NCBI GenBank assembly: GCA_028534125.1
Contig: CM052816.1
Location: 41,232,001-41,296,000, forward strand
Direction: 5' to 3'
DNA length: 64,000 nucleotides
Source of the DNA: Lama glama
Taxonomy: Eukaryota
Positions 12,456 through 26,299 of the stretch are shown piece after piece. Position numbers and translations under genes: made by a program. The notes beneath the pieces are model-generated. The model was not told where the DNA came from. It did not search any database and worked only from the letters and a program-made list of their open reading frames with translations. How positions within the stretch are numbered: position 1 is the stretch's first letter; each line of letters opens with the position of its first letter.

Positions 12456-13289
12456 ATATATTTACAGTAAAAATACAATTGAACTGTCAATTTAAGGGCC
12501 CAACCACTGGATATGACCAATAAACTCATGAATTATGATAAAAGCAGAATAATTAAGCAAGAAAAGTTATAAAACAAGTGAAACTAAGTTCTGGTATTTC
12601 TTTTGACCACCCAAATCTACCTTTCAGGTACAGAGAATAAGGAGACTGAAAACAGAAGCCTGGTCCAGAATTACGTCCCTAACAAAATCATTACTCTAAG
12701 AGGCGTGCATGGAGAAAAAAAGCAGGAATTCAAAGCTTACTGTATCGGTACATTTTGCAGGTGCTGACAATGACAGGCTTGTAATTATGCAAAGAGAACT
12801 TCAAACACACTCAATGACTGAGAAAAAAAGATCTGTTACACCAAAAATTCTTTACAAGTTAAAAAAATGTCTAGATTTAGTCTAGTCACTTAATATTAAG
12901 TTTGATGAGAGTTATAAGAAAGGAAGTTGAAATCTAATGAAGTTTCTTTAGTTTCCTATTTTTCAATGAGTAAAACTGTGCTCTTTTATGAGTACTGATG
13001 AGACCAGATTATTTCATAAAGGCTACAATTAAATTCATATTAAATTTGAAACTAATGCTCTAGGGAAAAATTCTACTTTATTCCTAATTATCAGTACCCA
13101 GAATAATTTAATCTACCCCAAAATTTAGTTCCCTCTTAGTGATATTTAATAGATATTATTTTCTCCTGTAAAACTAATTTCTAACTATCTAATCTCTGAC
13201 AGCAGGGAGTAAGAAAGAAAATGAACTGTTAAATATAGGAAACACTGAATAAGACAGTAAGAAATTAAACTGAAAAACTATGATTCAAG

Positions 13290-13735
13290 TGAAAATTGAA
13301 GTCAGGTATTCCTGAAACATCAGGAAAGCAATTCAGTATTTTGGGGAAATGTAAGAAAACTGAATGTCTATTATCAAGCCGATAGTGGCTCAATGGGCAA
13401 TTTAGTAATGTCCATCAAAATTTGTAAGGCACTAACCCATTGAACCAGCCATTCAACTTCAAGAAATGAACAAAGAAACATAAATTATACAAATTTATGT
13501 GTAGAATGATACATTCATTGCATTAGATGTGCCAGCCAAAGATTGAAAATAACCAAAAATGCAATCAATGAATCTCTGTACTATCCATACAATTGTTACA
13601 TACATTTTACACTCTATACAAGTAAAAACTCTCACTTATTAAAAAGAAGGAGATTGATCTACATGTATTGACATGAAAGATGTGCATGATGTATTAGTAA
13701 GCAAAAAAGCAAGCTGTAGAACATTATGGACATGT
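13290..13735 (+). mobile_element. Ancient L1 (L1ME-like) 3' fragment
   Basis: Degenerate motifs ggcaatttagtaatgtccatcaaaattt, ccagccattcaacttcaagaaat, gacatgaaagatgtgcatgatgtattagt. Confidence 0.55.
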
Positions 13736-14100
13736 GGCTGCCCTGAAACAGTCTCCCTTACATACCTACATGGCTTGTTTTCTCACTCCCTTCAAATCTA
13801 AGCACCTGAAATAATCTTCATAAAAAGGTCCTCCCTTATCACCTATATGAAACTGAACACCCACACACAACTAGCACCACATTATTTATACCTTTCTATG
13901 CACTAATGTCATGTATGTATTTATTTAGGGGAGGTCACCTGGCATGTTACAGGTACATTTATTTGTTCATTGTCTGCCTTTTCCTTGGAAAATTTAAGCT
14001 TCATGAAAGAAGGGTCTTGGTCTGTATCTCCTTGTTTTCAAAACCAGGCCAATGCATACTAGGTAATCAATTACTATTTGTTGAAAAAATAAATGGAAGA
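13736..14100 (+). mobile_element. L2 3' fragment
   Basis: catggcttgttttctcactcccttcaaatct, taagcttcatgaaagaagggtcttggtctgt, ending tttgttgaaaaaataaatg. Confidence 0.7.
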
Positions 14101-16274
14101 ATGACTCCCTATTAGCAGATGAGCGAAGTCGTGTATCAAAGAGTTAAATGGTTTAGCTGAATTCATGCAGCCTCTGAGAACTGATGCTAGATTATTCCAA
14201 CTCTGAGAGTGTGCTGCTAACTCCTTTAGGACACACTCTCCCACTCTCCTCTCTTCTCTCTGTCAGAAGCACAGCAATTAAGAGTTTGGCTGTCAAATGC
14301 CCCCAGTTTGTGGCACATTATCACTGAAGTTAGACTTTGCAAGTTTCTGTTCCTTTGTTATTTCGCCCTTCACCCTAAGAACACCCACTGTGCTATTTTT
14401 AAGCATATCCCTAGATATATGTGTCCTTGAAAGCTATACACACACTGTGCACATGTGGGGCTTTTTTAATGGCTGTAACGTGTTTTATTTATTCATTTAT
14501 ACAACCTAGTGGCTTACTCTTAGAGCTTATGGGATCCATTCTCACAGTTATAGTCGTGACTGCTTTCAGTGGTTAAATCAGAGAACACTGGCCAGCAAAA
14601 CGTAAGACAATTTTATTTGTGTGTCACAATTGTGATTCTAAAGAAGAACTTTTCAAAAAGGTATTTCAAGCCAAGTCTGCCTGGGCTCCTCATGATAGTT
14701 ACCCCACTTTTAAAAGAAATGTCTCCATTATTTTATCCAAGGATTCTATCTTAATTTTTAATGTCATCGAGTCCTTAGTGCCTCAAGCCAAAAATAAAAA
14801 TTCTAAATTGGTTAGATTTTTGTCAGATAGAGGAGACACATATTCAATTTATATGTTCCATTTTGAATACTTGTCTCCGCTTGTCTCTCAAAACTGACTT
14901 TACAGTTGGAGATACGTTAGTTTAACAGAGAAACCTTAATCCAACCACCTACACATAAAAACAGGGCTGGATGTTCATCTCTATTTGAGCTGAAGATGCT
15001 GCCAACTAATAAATGGAAAGGCTGAGTTAACTACATATGTGTTTTTAATGGCACTTTATATCTCATTTTGTTTAGTACCTTTTCTAGGCAAGAATAACCC
15101 TTGTTGTTAAGAGCTATTGCCCATCCTGGGAAACCTTGCCTATGTTTGTGAAATGTCACTGAGTAGTTTGTATCCTTTGTTAATTCAGGACCTCTCCCAA
15201 CAAAGGGAGGCCCAGAGCACTCATCTCCTGCCTGCCTGCCTGCCTGCCAGCTTCATTCTTACTTATCCACAATCAGAACTCCTCTCTTGTGCTTGCTAGG
15301 ATGAAAAACAACACTTGGCAGTTTCTCTTAGGGCACATTTTCCCAAATTCCATTCTTTGGATTGGGTTCATAGGAGTTCACATACTGTAATGCTTCCTAA
15401 AGCAGTTGGGACTTGGCTGGCAGAGTTTAGAAAACTTTCTTGACAACTTTATGCTGTCCGTATAATTCAGCCTTGACCTGCAGAGCAATGCTCAGAAAAG
15501 GACCGAAGTCTAGACTCCACAACCACTTAACCTTTGGCCTCACTACTAAGGCGGCCATCAAGGCCACCAATTAGTGGTACAGCTGAAAGTGGATTTAGAT
15601 AGCTTTTTTCAAACTCTGCAAAACATCAGAGGCAGAAAAGAAAAGAAAAGAAGTGGAGAGAAGATCTCAGGGTTATTTCTTTGATTAAAAAAAAAAATAA
15701 CAGAAGTTCTCTCCTCCAGGCTTTGAACTTTCTATTACAAGCCTAAGAGAAAGGAAAACTGAAAGAGAAATTCCCCACCAGCTCTATGTTATTTCTGTTT
15801 CCTAAAATACTTGTAGACATCCTCCAATGACAAACTTGTTTAAATTCACTGAATTTGATTATCCACCTGGTCATTACAAGGCTAAATCTCTAAATCTTTT
15901 TTTCTTCTAAATATCTTATAATTTAGGGTGCGCAGAGAATATTAAGGAATCAAAACCATAAACATATTTTACCTCAGGTGTTTAACTGAGTCATTATTAT
16001 TATATAATAAAGTTGGGAGTGTTGGGTTTTCACTGCCTTATTTTCAATTCATTAGAAAGTCTGTTTTGTTTCTTTCATTTATCAAATACATTTGCTTCTT
16101 GTCCTAGGACAACCTCTCCTTGATAGAGGCGTTAACTAAAGTTGTGAAAGGATGAGTCTATATCCTGAAACTTAACAGGCTAGAAGTACAGACATTTTAT
16201 TCAGTGTTGACTCCTTGCTTTCCTTTTGAAGTAGGAATATTGGAAGTATACAGGAAAAATGTTTCCTCTTCCTC

Positions 16275-16347
16275 ACCCTGCCACTTCCTAGCTGTGTGTC
16301 CTTGGGTAAGTCACCTACTGTCATTCCGCCTCAATTTTTTCATCTGT
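16275..16347 (+). mobile_element. MIR core fragment
   Basis: ccacttcctagctgtgtgtccttgggtaagtcac...cctcaattttttcatctgt matches the MIR core. Confidence 0.75.
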
Positions 16348-19063
16348 CATCACTTAGAATGAAACATTACTTAATACCTAGGTTGAATATGCAAAAATAA
16401 ATCTCACCAATGCTATGAAAAACAAAAAAAGCAGCCGTGGTGGGGTGAATGGCAATAATTGTCAACTTTTTCATATTACAACTTGATTAAGCCATGTTAA
16501 AAAAATAAAACATTAATATATAGGGAAAGATAAATGACTAATATATACAGGCAATTATGAAGCAATGATGCTAATAAAGTGTGACAGCCTGATATTCTGC
16601 AACCACTTTTTATGTTACTATCACACCTAGGTGATGTGTCTCTGGAGATAATATAAGACGAAAATTGTTTTTCTTTTTCCCTCTACAATTCTCTGAACTA
16701 ACCAAATGTGCTTAAATTTTAATCTTTTGAGCTACATGAAACTGATATACAACAAGAACAAAGCAAATTGGAAGTAACTAAAAGTCGGGCTTTTCTTAAT
16801 CACCTTACATAGTCCCAGACAATATAGTTTTGTGTAGTGTATATATATGCATAATTTTTTTTATTTTAGAAAACACCACCACAGCTAGAACACTACAGCA
16901 ACTTAATCAAAATCACTTATGTCTTTTGTTGGAAATCCACTACAATTAACAATGAGGCAAAGGAATGACTCTCTAAGAGAAAATAAGTATCTTTTTATAT
17001 CTAATTTGTCATTGAAATGCATTGTTCTACTTACTATTTTCATAAAGCAATCTCCTGCCTCTCAATCATCTAAGACATAGACAACTCCAAACATCAAGAA
17101 CTCCTACCTCTCAGCAAAGGTCTAATTCCCACAGCTGCCTTTCCCCACTAAAGGAAAAAAGCTGAGAAGGGCAAGAACGGTGATGGCATGTAAGCCATGA
17201 CACAGTTTGGAGGTTGTGACTTATCATGCACATCCAGACTCCACTTCCCCCTAAAATTCTTTTGATTGCTTTTCTTGTTGTCCCTAGAATGAAACTTACC
17301 ATATATGTGTTAAGAATTCACTCATTTGTGTTCACCCTTTCAGTAGTCCCCACTTCATTTGTAGTCTTCTTAACTGATGTTTTCCCTGTCCTTGCAGGGC
17401 AGAAATCACAAGTCCTTTGAAGTTGAAGGATCCTCCAGTCTTGAAATGTTTCCAGTATGTTCTCCAAAGAGGGAGAGAAAGGGAAGAGTGGGTGGAGGAA
17501 GCACATGTGGGCAGAATTCTTCCAGGCTGCAAACAGTAATGCTGTCTGCAGGTCTCAAGGATTCAAGAACTGGAGACTCACATCCCATTCCCTGCAAGAA
17601 CCCTGAAGGCACAGCAGCAGGAGCTCACAGGAGAAGGTCTGGATCATTCAGACATACTGAGCACAAGAAATGAGAATGTCTAGCATCAGCAAAACATCTG
17701 TCCCCACTGGGGGATCTCTGCTCAACACTGGGAACATCGAGGAGGAAGTCACATAATGCCTGAGACTGAATTCCCCTACCACCCCAGCCAGGCGGGATGG
17801 GTACTTGAATTTGGATAAAATTTAAAGAATAAAATAAAACAAGATCTCCCACCCATCTGTGGCTTCAAATTCACACCTATTGAAATCCCCTGTTTAGTAA
17901 TAACCTCTTCTTACTCCATCTACTTGTTAGTCTTCCCTGTCACTTCTTCATTTAGTTCAACATCAACTCCCAAAGGAGAGAGTATAGGTACCTCCTCTCT
18001 TTCTACAGGTCCCCAACAACGTATTTTCTCACCTCTTACAATCAAGTTTCTACCTCAATACCATAATCAAAAATCAAAAGATATTTACAATGATCACCAC
18101 TAACCTCCTCCTTGCCAAAACCAATGTTTTTCCCAGCTATCCTAACAGATTTTCCATACACCAAATCTCCCTTGTCTTTGTCTTCTTCCTGGAACTTCCG
18201 TCCAGGGCTCTCATTGTCCCCCATCTTCCTCTCCCCATCCCTTCACTGTTGCTACTCCCTAGGATCCTTGACCCTCTTCTGTGCTCTCATTCCACATCTG
18301 ATCTCCTTGATTTCCATAGCTACTTCAGACATTGCTTACACGTTGATTACACATCATTGCCAGGAAGTTATCTCCAAATTAATACCCTTCTGCCTTGTCA
18401 AAATTTGCATGCTCAAGTTGAACACATCTTGCTCTTTAAGGAGTTGCTTCTCTCCTCAATTCATTCCCATTCAGTTGGTTGGCAAGGACCATCTCACAGG
18501 CATCATATCAAGGGTAATACAGAAGGCAAATGAAGCCTAGAGTAAGTCACTTAGGCCAGCTTACTACAGATCATTCAGAGAACTCTGTCCTGGCTTTCTA
18601 TTTTTATATAGCCACAGTCAGAATCTGTAAGATCCTCCATTCTTTCTTCAACTCCCAGCTACATGTCAATGTCCAGGGTGACCTTGGGAGTCACTTGCTG
18701 GTGAGCACTGTTACATGGCAGAGACTGTCAGTGCAAGTCCCAAAGTATCTGTGTGGAGACCTTCCCTTAGCACAGTTTTATTGTGTTAAACCCACTGGAA
18801 GTCCAAGATTTATCTGTTACAGAATTAGTGCAACCCTGACACATACAGGTGATAGAAAAGTGATGCTTAGCACAACAAAGTACTTACAAGATCACACAGC
18901 TAGCCATATCAGAAATTTGGGGATTTCAATTTGTAAGCAGGTCCCACTGATCCCAAAATCCATTTTCTTTCCACTTACCTATGGCTCACCTGGCTCATCA
19001 ATTTAAATAACAGTTTTTTCAATTGCCACCTACCTAACTTTTATCCAAGTCTATGCTTCTCTT

Positions 19064-19187
19064 TTTTTTGGAGGGAGGAGGTAATTAGGTTTGTTTGTTT
19101 ATTTCTTTAAAGGAGGTACTAGGGATTGAGCCTAAGACCTCATGCATGCTAAGCACACACTCTACTGCTGAGCTATACCCACCCGCC
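19064..19187 (-). mobile_element. Camelid vic-1-type SINE
   Basis: Reverse-complement tRNA-like head and tail; 12-bp TSD tatgcttctctt (19052-19063 / 19191-19202). Confidence 0.9.
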
Positions 19188-19341
19188 ATGTATGCTTCTC
19201 TTAATCATGAAAATACAGTATCTCTCCTTCCATTTTCTGATGCCCTAGCACCTGTTTGAAGCAAGTAAAATGAACAAAACAGTTAGAACAATTTACACTA
19301 AAGGAACATGAGCAATGAAACATACTCATCATCTCCTTGAG

Positions 19342-19510
19342 CTTAGTTCTCACATATGTATGACCTCTATCAGAATTACTGGGGATGCTTGTTAAAGACA
19401 GACTCCTGGGCCTCATCCCAAACCCAGTGCTTCACAATCTGTGTTCTGCTAGCTGTTTAAAATCCACATCACAGGTTATTCTGATATATACCAAAGTAAG
19501 AGAACCAGGA
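19342..19510. mobile_element. hAT-Charlie MITE (MER5A-like)
   Basis: gttctcac...atcagaattactggggatgcttgttaaa...cagactcctgggcctcatccca...ggttattctgat...aagtaagagaacca. Confidence 0.7.
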
Positions 19511-21493
19511 CTCTAAGTATGCTAAATTCCATTTCCTTGTTTCAAGAACATGTGTCTGGCTGAAACTCATAAACCCAGACATCCACAAAAATGTCACTGT
19601 TATCCTCTACATTTTTGTTTTCACAAGATTTCCAAGTTAATGGAGGTCATAACATAAATATTGAACCATGAACAAACTGACCTGTGCACCACAACTCAGG
19701 AGTCTATTTCCTAAAGCAGCACATTTTCTGTTACCTCTTTTACTTTCTCATCAGCAATTATGAAATAAATAATAACTATTAATAGGTGAAATAAACCTAT
19801 CATTTCTATGCAGAAACTTGCCTCAACTAAAGCTTGGAAGAGTATTTTCTTCTGGAATTCAATCATCCAATTTGTAGTGCATTTTAAAATAAAAATTAAT
19901 TGAAATAATTGAGATTTGGAGGTTTTGGTTTTTTTCCCTTGGTTTCTGTTTTCTTCCTGTGAAGGTAATCTATGTAAAACACAACATTAAAAAACATATA
20001 AATATGACTAAAATTCTATTGTTGCCATTTATGTGATAAACTTAAAGCCCAGGGTATTCATTTGCAGCGTGTAAGCTACGCCTTCTATTTGTCTCCACTT
20101 TTCAAAGTGCAAAGAAAACAAATGCCTTTTACACGGCTGCTAAGTCATATATACAAAACAAGCGCAGTCCAGCTGCCTTTCTGCTAGATTGCCACAGACC
20201 ATCTGGTTGGCGTTTAGCCCACCTAGAGAATTGCCAACACATATCCTGAACAATGAAACAGTCACACAAATATATATTTTTTTATCCTGGGGAAATTAGA
20301 ATTTCAGGTAGGTGAAACCAACCAGTTCCTTACAACAGTGTCAATCTATGCAGACCTGAAATATATTGTATCCCCAAATCCATTTCTCTTCAAAATTTTC
20401 ACTTAGATCTAACACAAGCAGTCAATATTATAGAAGAGTATTAAGAATATAAAGTTGAATAGTGTTTAAGAGTCACGATTCTAGTGAATACTTAAAATGA
20501 CTTAGTCTGACTTTGCCTTAGATTTCTTTGATGCAATTTATAGTAGACTTCTAAATCTGTAAGAAACTGATATCACTTAAATGGATATCCTCTAATTAAT
20601 CCAAAAAAAAGTGTAAGTTTTTTTGGGCTCTGTAAATAAAATAATCCTGATTAGTGTATCAACAGAAATGCTCTATATAACCAAAGGACAATGTATCCAT
20701 TGACACAGGTACGGAAATGACCAAGTTCACATGATCCAGCTATGTTTACAGCAGGTGTCAGTCATGTTCACTTCATTAACTGAGAAGGTATGAAGATAAC
20801 ACAGTTATTTTGCTAAAACTTAGCTTAGCATTTGTTTGGGGCTAAAAGTCAACGTCGCTTTAAGAAGTACCAAACATTTCCCTTTTATTGATGAGTTACC
20901 AGAACTATAGAAAAAGGGTTTCCAATTAGAGATTTTACTCAAATGTCACTTGCTTTCTATCTGACTGCTTTTCCTCATATACCAGCTTTAAATTGTTTTA
21001 ATATACTATTCATGTGCCTGCATCTATTTAAAAAAAAGAAAAAGAAAGATCATCTAGGCACCAGTACAGATTGTATACTACAGAGTCTGCTTAGAGCCTT
21101 ATCCTACTCATTCCTTATCTGCCTTTACTTTTTTCTGTCTTCACTTGTTTATCTACTTGTTTCTGTCATTTATGCATATGTGTGTGGCCAGGTGAAGACC
21201 TGACTCCAAGTGCATCAGGCCATTATAAATATCATACAACTAATCCTCCAAGTTAGTAAACACTAACTTAACTTGGCCTGATTCAACCATCTAAACCCCA
21301 GCCAATTCAACTTGCCAAGTTAAACCAAAAAAAAAAAAAAAAAAAATTGACCTTATCAAATTTTAATTCTTCCCCTTAAAAGAAACTAATTTTTCCTGAT
21401 TATAAAATACATAAAAATCTTTTTCCTAATTATGAACAGAAAGGTTCCCTGTACATGTAGATAGATCTTCTTTGATAGTTTAAGAATGAGTAT

Positions 21494-21610
21494 GGGGTGG
21501 CGGGGATAGCTCAGTGGTAGAACATGTGCTTTGTGTGCACAGCGTCCTGGGTTCAATCCCCAGTGCCTCCTTTAAGAGGGAAAAAACAAAAACATAAAAG
21601 GAGAATAAAA
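21494..21610 (+). mobile_element. Camelid tRNA-Ala-derived SINE (short form)
   Basis: ggggatagctcagtggtagaacatgtgctttgtgtgcacagcgtcctgggttcaatccccagtgcctcc followed by an A-rich tail. Confidence 0.85.
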
Positions 21611-23177
21611 AGATTTCTATGGAAAGTGTGATTATGACAAAATTGTAATGACAATCAGGAAACTTGGGTGACTGCCACACAACTGGCCATTCAGTACTGG
21701 AGGTATTTTAAACTCTTCAGATCTGAGTTTTACCATCTGGAAAACAAAAATCTTGAACAAAATCTCTCCATTTTATTGGAACTGTAATATTTTAAATCTA
21801 AAGGAATCTAGCCATGCCTCAATGTCTAGAACTATTATGTTACCTAGAACAATGCCTGGCAGACAAGAGTGCAAATTCTAGTTTCAATGTGAATATAGAA
21901 GTCTCTAACTCCATAAATATATGTAATTTTATTTTAAAATAGTCAACTGAAAGGAAAGACCAAAGTTTAATCCCAGATTCAAAGTACTCTTTTTTTAACC
22001 ACTCATACCCTTTGACCCTTGGAAGATTAAACATACGTTTGATACCATAAACTTATGACAAAGCATACTACAGAAACCTGGTATGTCAGATTGAAATTGA
22101 GTGTATGAGGACTCAAGGAACCTACAATCATTTTTTTGGCTTGACAACTAGCTGTCTCAGCCATGAAAGTAACTGAAGAATTGCATATTGGATGATGAAA
22201 TACAGGCTCTCCAATTATTTTTTTTTTAAGAAAAACAGTTCTTTTTTTTTTAAGTGGTAGATTGCCAATGATGGCATCCAAAAGGCTCTTGGCAATATTA
22301 CCCTCAAACCAGCTCTGCTTTCATTAGCTCTGCTTATATATGATAAATTGGAGCTATTTTAAAAGCCCTCACTCTTTTACTATGCACAATATAATAGTGT
22401 ATTTACATCAAGATTCATGCAATTCTTTGTTAATATAGGTCATAACTACAAACAAACCTGGCCATGATTTAGTGCATCTAATTAGAACCCACTTTCCCCA
22501 GGCCGTATCATTCTGCCAGCAATGGATCAGACATTATTATTTTATGTAATTTGTTCTACCCTAAGATTTTGGGGCTGTAACCCAAACTCATTATGTGTCC
22601 TGATTAGAAGTTATTTTCTCTCCTCAGTGTCTTCTATGTCTTGCTTTCCTTATAAAAGATATTTTAAAATTCAACAGTGCATTTATGTAAAGACAGATGA
22701 AATGACGCCCTCCAGGAGGAAACAGTTACCTAATTTAATGCTCAATCCTCTGTCATTTGTTGTTGCAACAATTCAGTAACACTCCCTGTGGAAGATTCCA
22801 GAGCTGCCTTACTCAGCCCCAGTTCCACTATGTGTCAGGAGGCCATCTGGGAAAGCACTCCCGCTATACAAGCCCTCAGACCTGGGTTAAAAACCTCACC
22901 CAAATCACTTATTTGCTGTGTGGCATGATTCAGTAACTTTTTGATCTCAACTACAATTCATTAAATGTGTCTAACACATAGCAGGTGTTTAATAAAATTT
23001 CTATCATTAGAGGATTGAAGTTTTGTTCTTTCACTGCATGTAAATCTTAGACCATATGCTCAGAAGCTTCAAAAATATTCACTTCTAGCTTCTCATTCAA
23101 CTAAATTAACTTGAACCCTAGCCCCTGTCCAACCAGAACAGTAGGAAATTCAATCTCGGTTATTATTGCCCTGTACA

Positions 23178-23221
23178 CCTTTACGGTCACACCAAAATCC
23201 CTTTAGGGTCACACCAAAATT
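23178..23221. repeat. 22-bp tandem duplication
   Basis: cctttacggtcacaccaaaatc / cctttagggtcacaccaaaatt. Confidence 0.9.
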
Positions 23222-24009
23222 ACGTAGTGCTGGGAAAAAAGCAGGATAGGGGGAAATCTTTAATCACCATTCTCTCATGGTGTTCACTGACACTCATTTT
23301 CCAAGCTTTTAACAGTTTCTTGAAGCAAGCAGCTCTCTGCTTTTCATCCATGTGCAGAGAATACAGGGATCTTTTGAGCATGAGAAACTAATGCCCACGT
23401 TCCTCTCCAGGAGAGCCACACGGCTACAATTTTACAGGTCTTCCATCTTCTCAAAGCACTAGTTCACCTAGCACTCAGGTCTCCTCTGACTCAGACCCAT
23501 GGTTGCAAACCTACTCACTCCCCATTTGAACTCTTTGCTATTCAATTCATTTAAAGGCTCTCCACTCCTCCACACACTCACACCCTTTCCAGGACCCCTA
23601 ATATCTTTTTAGAGGACTTGCACATTTACAGAAGTCGAACATCACTGTCTTTCCACTAGACAGCTTTCTGCCCTGACAGTGCCTGAGTCAATCAGTGAGT
23701 AAGCAGATGAGCAAGTGATGTCAGGACACTATTTTGATATTCTAAAATGAGTAGTTGTTTTTGCTGAAAAATATTACTGACAGCTTATGGTTCTCCATCC
23801 ACTGAATTTGTGGCACTTGTGGTCTCAAGAGGAAGCCTCAACAGTCTGGAATGCACAGGCCAACTAAGTACAAAATAACTGTTTACACAGCAGGTACAAT
23901 AGTCTGAAGGTGACTAATTTGAAAGGCACTTAAGATTCAAATGGATTTGTTATGAATGAATGTCATAATATCTTGGCTTCAAAGATGAGATAACCCTGGA
24001 GGTCTAGAG

Positions 24010-24223
24010 CAGGGCTCAATGAACTTTTTCCTTAAAAAGCTAGATATTAAGTATCTTAGTCTTTGCGGGCCATAGGATTTCTCCCTATTCAAAATTTGCC
24101 ATTGTAGCACAAAATTCGTCATAATAATATATAAATTAATTAGCATGGCTGTGTTCCAGTGAAACTTTACAAAAACGAACAGTGGGCCAAATTTGGCCAA
24201 GATTATAATTAGCCCAACCCCTG
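24010..24223 (+). mobile_element. hAT-Charlie MITE (MER58A-like), full length
   Basis: Termini caggg...ccctg, internal ggctgtgttccagtgaaacttta, and an 8-bp TSD gtctagag (24002-24009) / gtctacag (24224-24231). Confidence 0.88.
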
Positions 24224-25234
24224 GTCTACAGCTAAGTTTGTAACCACTAACCACAGAATAAAGCAACAGGTAATGGAGTACCAGGGTAGTTTCCCACTTC
24301 AAAGTAAATAAAAATAATCCCTTCCTGGACTATGGAAGAGTCTAGAAAGGGAGGAAAAAGAATAGAAAGACACATCATAAAAATAAATGTTAAAAAAATT
24401 GCAAAAAAAAGGGTAAGTGTCCTCTAAAAACTAAGGATCCAGAGAACTGAAGGTATCTCCCTCTTGAAACTCTGAGGGTTGATACACACTCTAAGCCAAA
24501 ATCTGTGCAGTTCCATTGGAGTGTAAATGGCAGCAACAAAAGCTCCTGTGTACCCGCCAGGGAACAGCTGTGGTCAGGGGGAAAGGACTGCACAGCAGAC
24601 AACTTGGGATATGCAGCCTTAGGCTGGGCATGGGTGGAGAACACAGCTCAGCACCAGATGATAAGCTGCTACTACAAGTGCTGAGGTCTTATCAGCAAGG
24701 AAGATGTTCCCCAGGAGTAATCACCATAGACAACTAGGATCGAGAGAAAGCTACAAGTTACTTCAGAATGACAAGAGCTGTGGGAACAGGGGTCAATGTA
24801 CAAATGCAAAGAGACATCCATCACCCTCAGTGCAGGGCACTGGAGAGGACATCCCTCTCCCCACTGCCCTCCTGCACTGACGATGCCCTCTGTACCCAGA
24901 GGCCATCCTGCGGAGGACAAAGACACCTGGGATGCGAAGACAGCCCTGGGCTGAACAGATTAAAAAAAATAGTTGCACTGCAAGTGAATGACTTACTTTG
25001 GAGGGTGAAAATCGGAGCTTCTGAAACTAAGTTGTATTCAGTTATAGAATTTAAAAAAAAAATCAATAGGTATCTCATTTAGTGAAAGAAGATGCAGGGA
25101 CACTGTGCAGGTTTGCCCCCTCCCAGCAGTGCCACATGGTGTCCTCACCAACCCTGTGATGCAGAAGTAAAAATGCCAGCACAAAGTTCTATTAAGTTAC
25201 GGAACATCTAAGTCTTGCTTTACTGTTCGAGTTA

Positions 25235-25375
25235 CAAATTCACTCATGTAATCTGCAACCAGTTCTATGAAGTGGATACTAGTAACGTGCCTCTTTCATA
25301 AGTAAGATAAAAAGGCACAGAAAAGTTACAATATTCGCCTAAGGTCCCAGAGCTAGTTAACAGAGCCAGGATTGC
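25235..25375 (-). mobile_element. MIR fragment
   Basis: aggcacagaaaagttac...gcctaaggtcccagagctagt...cagagccaggatt. Confidence 0.7.
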
Positions 25376-26299
25376 CCGCAAAAGTCAGTTATTAAAACAC
25401 CTCCCGAGGAGATTCCATCTCCTTCTTGGAGGACCGAAAGGAGCCCTCCCATTTCCTTCCTATTCCTAACAGTCTGCAGCAGAGGGTAGCCTTAGTGTGA
25501 CCAGCAGTCCTCCAGAAGGTCCTGGAATTAGAAACTGCCATGAATTTCTCTACATAAGCTCTGAACAAGCCTTACAACCAAGTCACAGATATAAAGACTT
25601 TAAGGTATACAGAAATATAGATATCTTTTTAAATTATACTTAGGCATAAATTTTGTTAGCTTTCAGGGTGAATAAACTATAAAATTCTCATAATAATCCT
25701 CAGTTTCCATAAAACCTATCTGCATACTTCAGAACCACTTGTAGAAGGGTATGGCTGATGAAACCAAGCACAGAAATAAGAAAGTTCTCCATGTATCTCC
25801 CCCATAATCACTCAAGGCTGAAAGGCAGGCTATGGACACAGGCTGATGAGCGTGTGCCCCGTCTTGGATACTGCACGTACAGTCAGCTCCTTAAAGATCA
25901 AAACCTTCCTCATAGTGAAGAGTTAAGTGGGGTGTAAAACACAGGCAAACTGGAACTTATCTTGTTACTCAGGTCCGTTTTCTATAACTTAAATCTATAA
26001 ACTAGGCTTTTAGGGTTCCTTAAAATTCCCAGTGTGGCCTCACCCAGTTCCTAGTCCCAGCAGTCCTGTCACTGCTGCTACTGTAAAAGTTACCACCAGG
26101 GTCCATTTGTACATCTAGTCCAATTTTAAAACCTCTGGCTCTGTCCTGGTGCAGAGTTCAAGTATTAAGAAGACAGGGATGCAAATTTCTAGGAGTCCTT
26201 GAAAGTCACCCTAAAAAAATGGCAAGCTTCATTAATGTTAATTCCAGAGAGAGATGCCAAGATTAGAAATTTTACCATCTCATAGACTGAAAAGAGTAA

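Noticed and set aside
18090..19006. Adjacent 142-158-aa ORFs resembling an operon
   Set aside because: Mammalian non-coding DNA with L/S/P-biased translations of pyrimidine-rich, probably L2/MIR-derived sequence; no recognisable domain.
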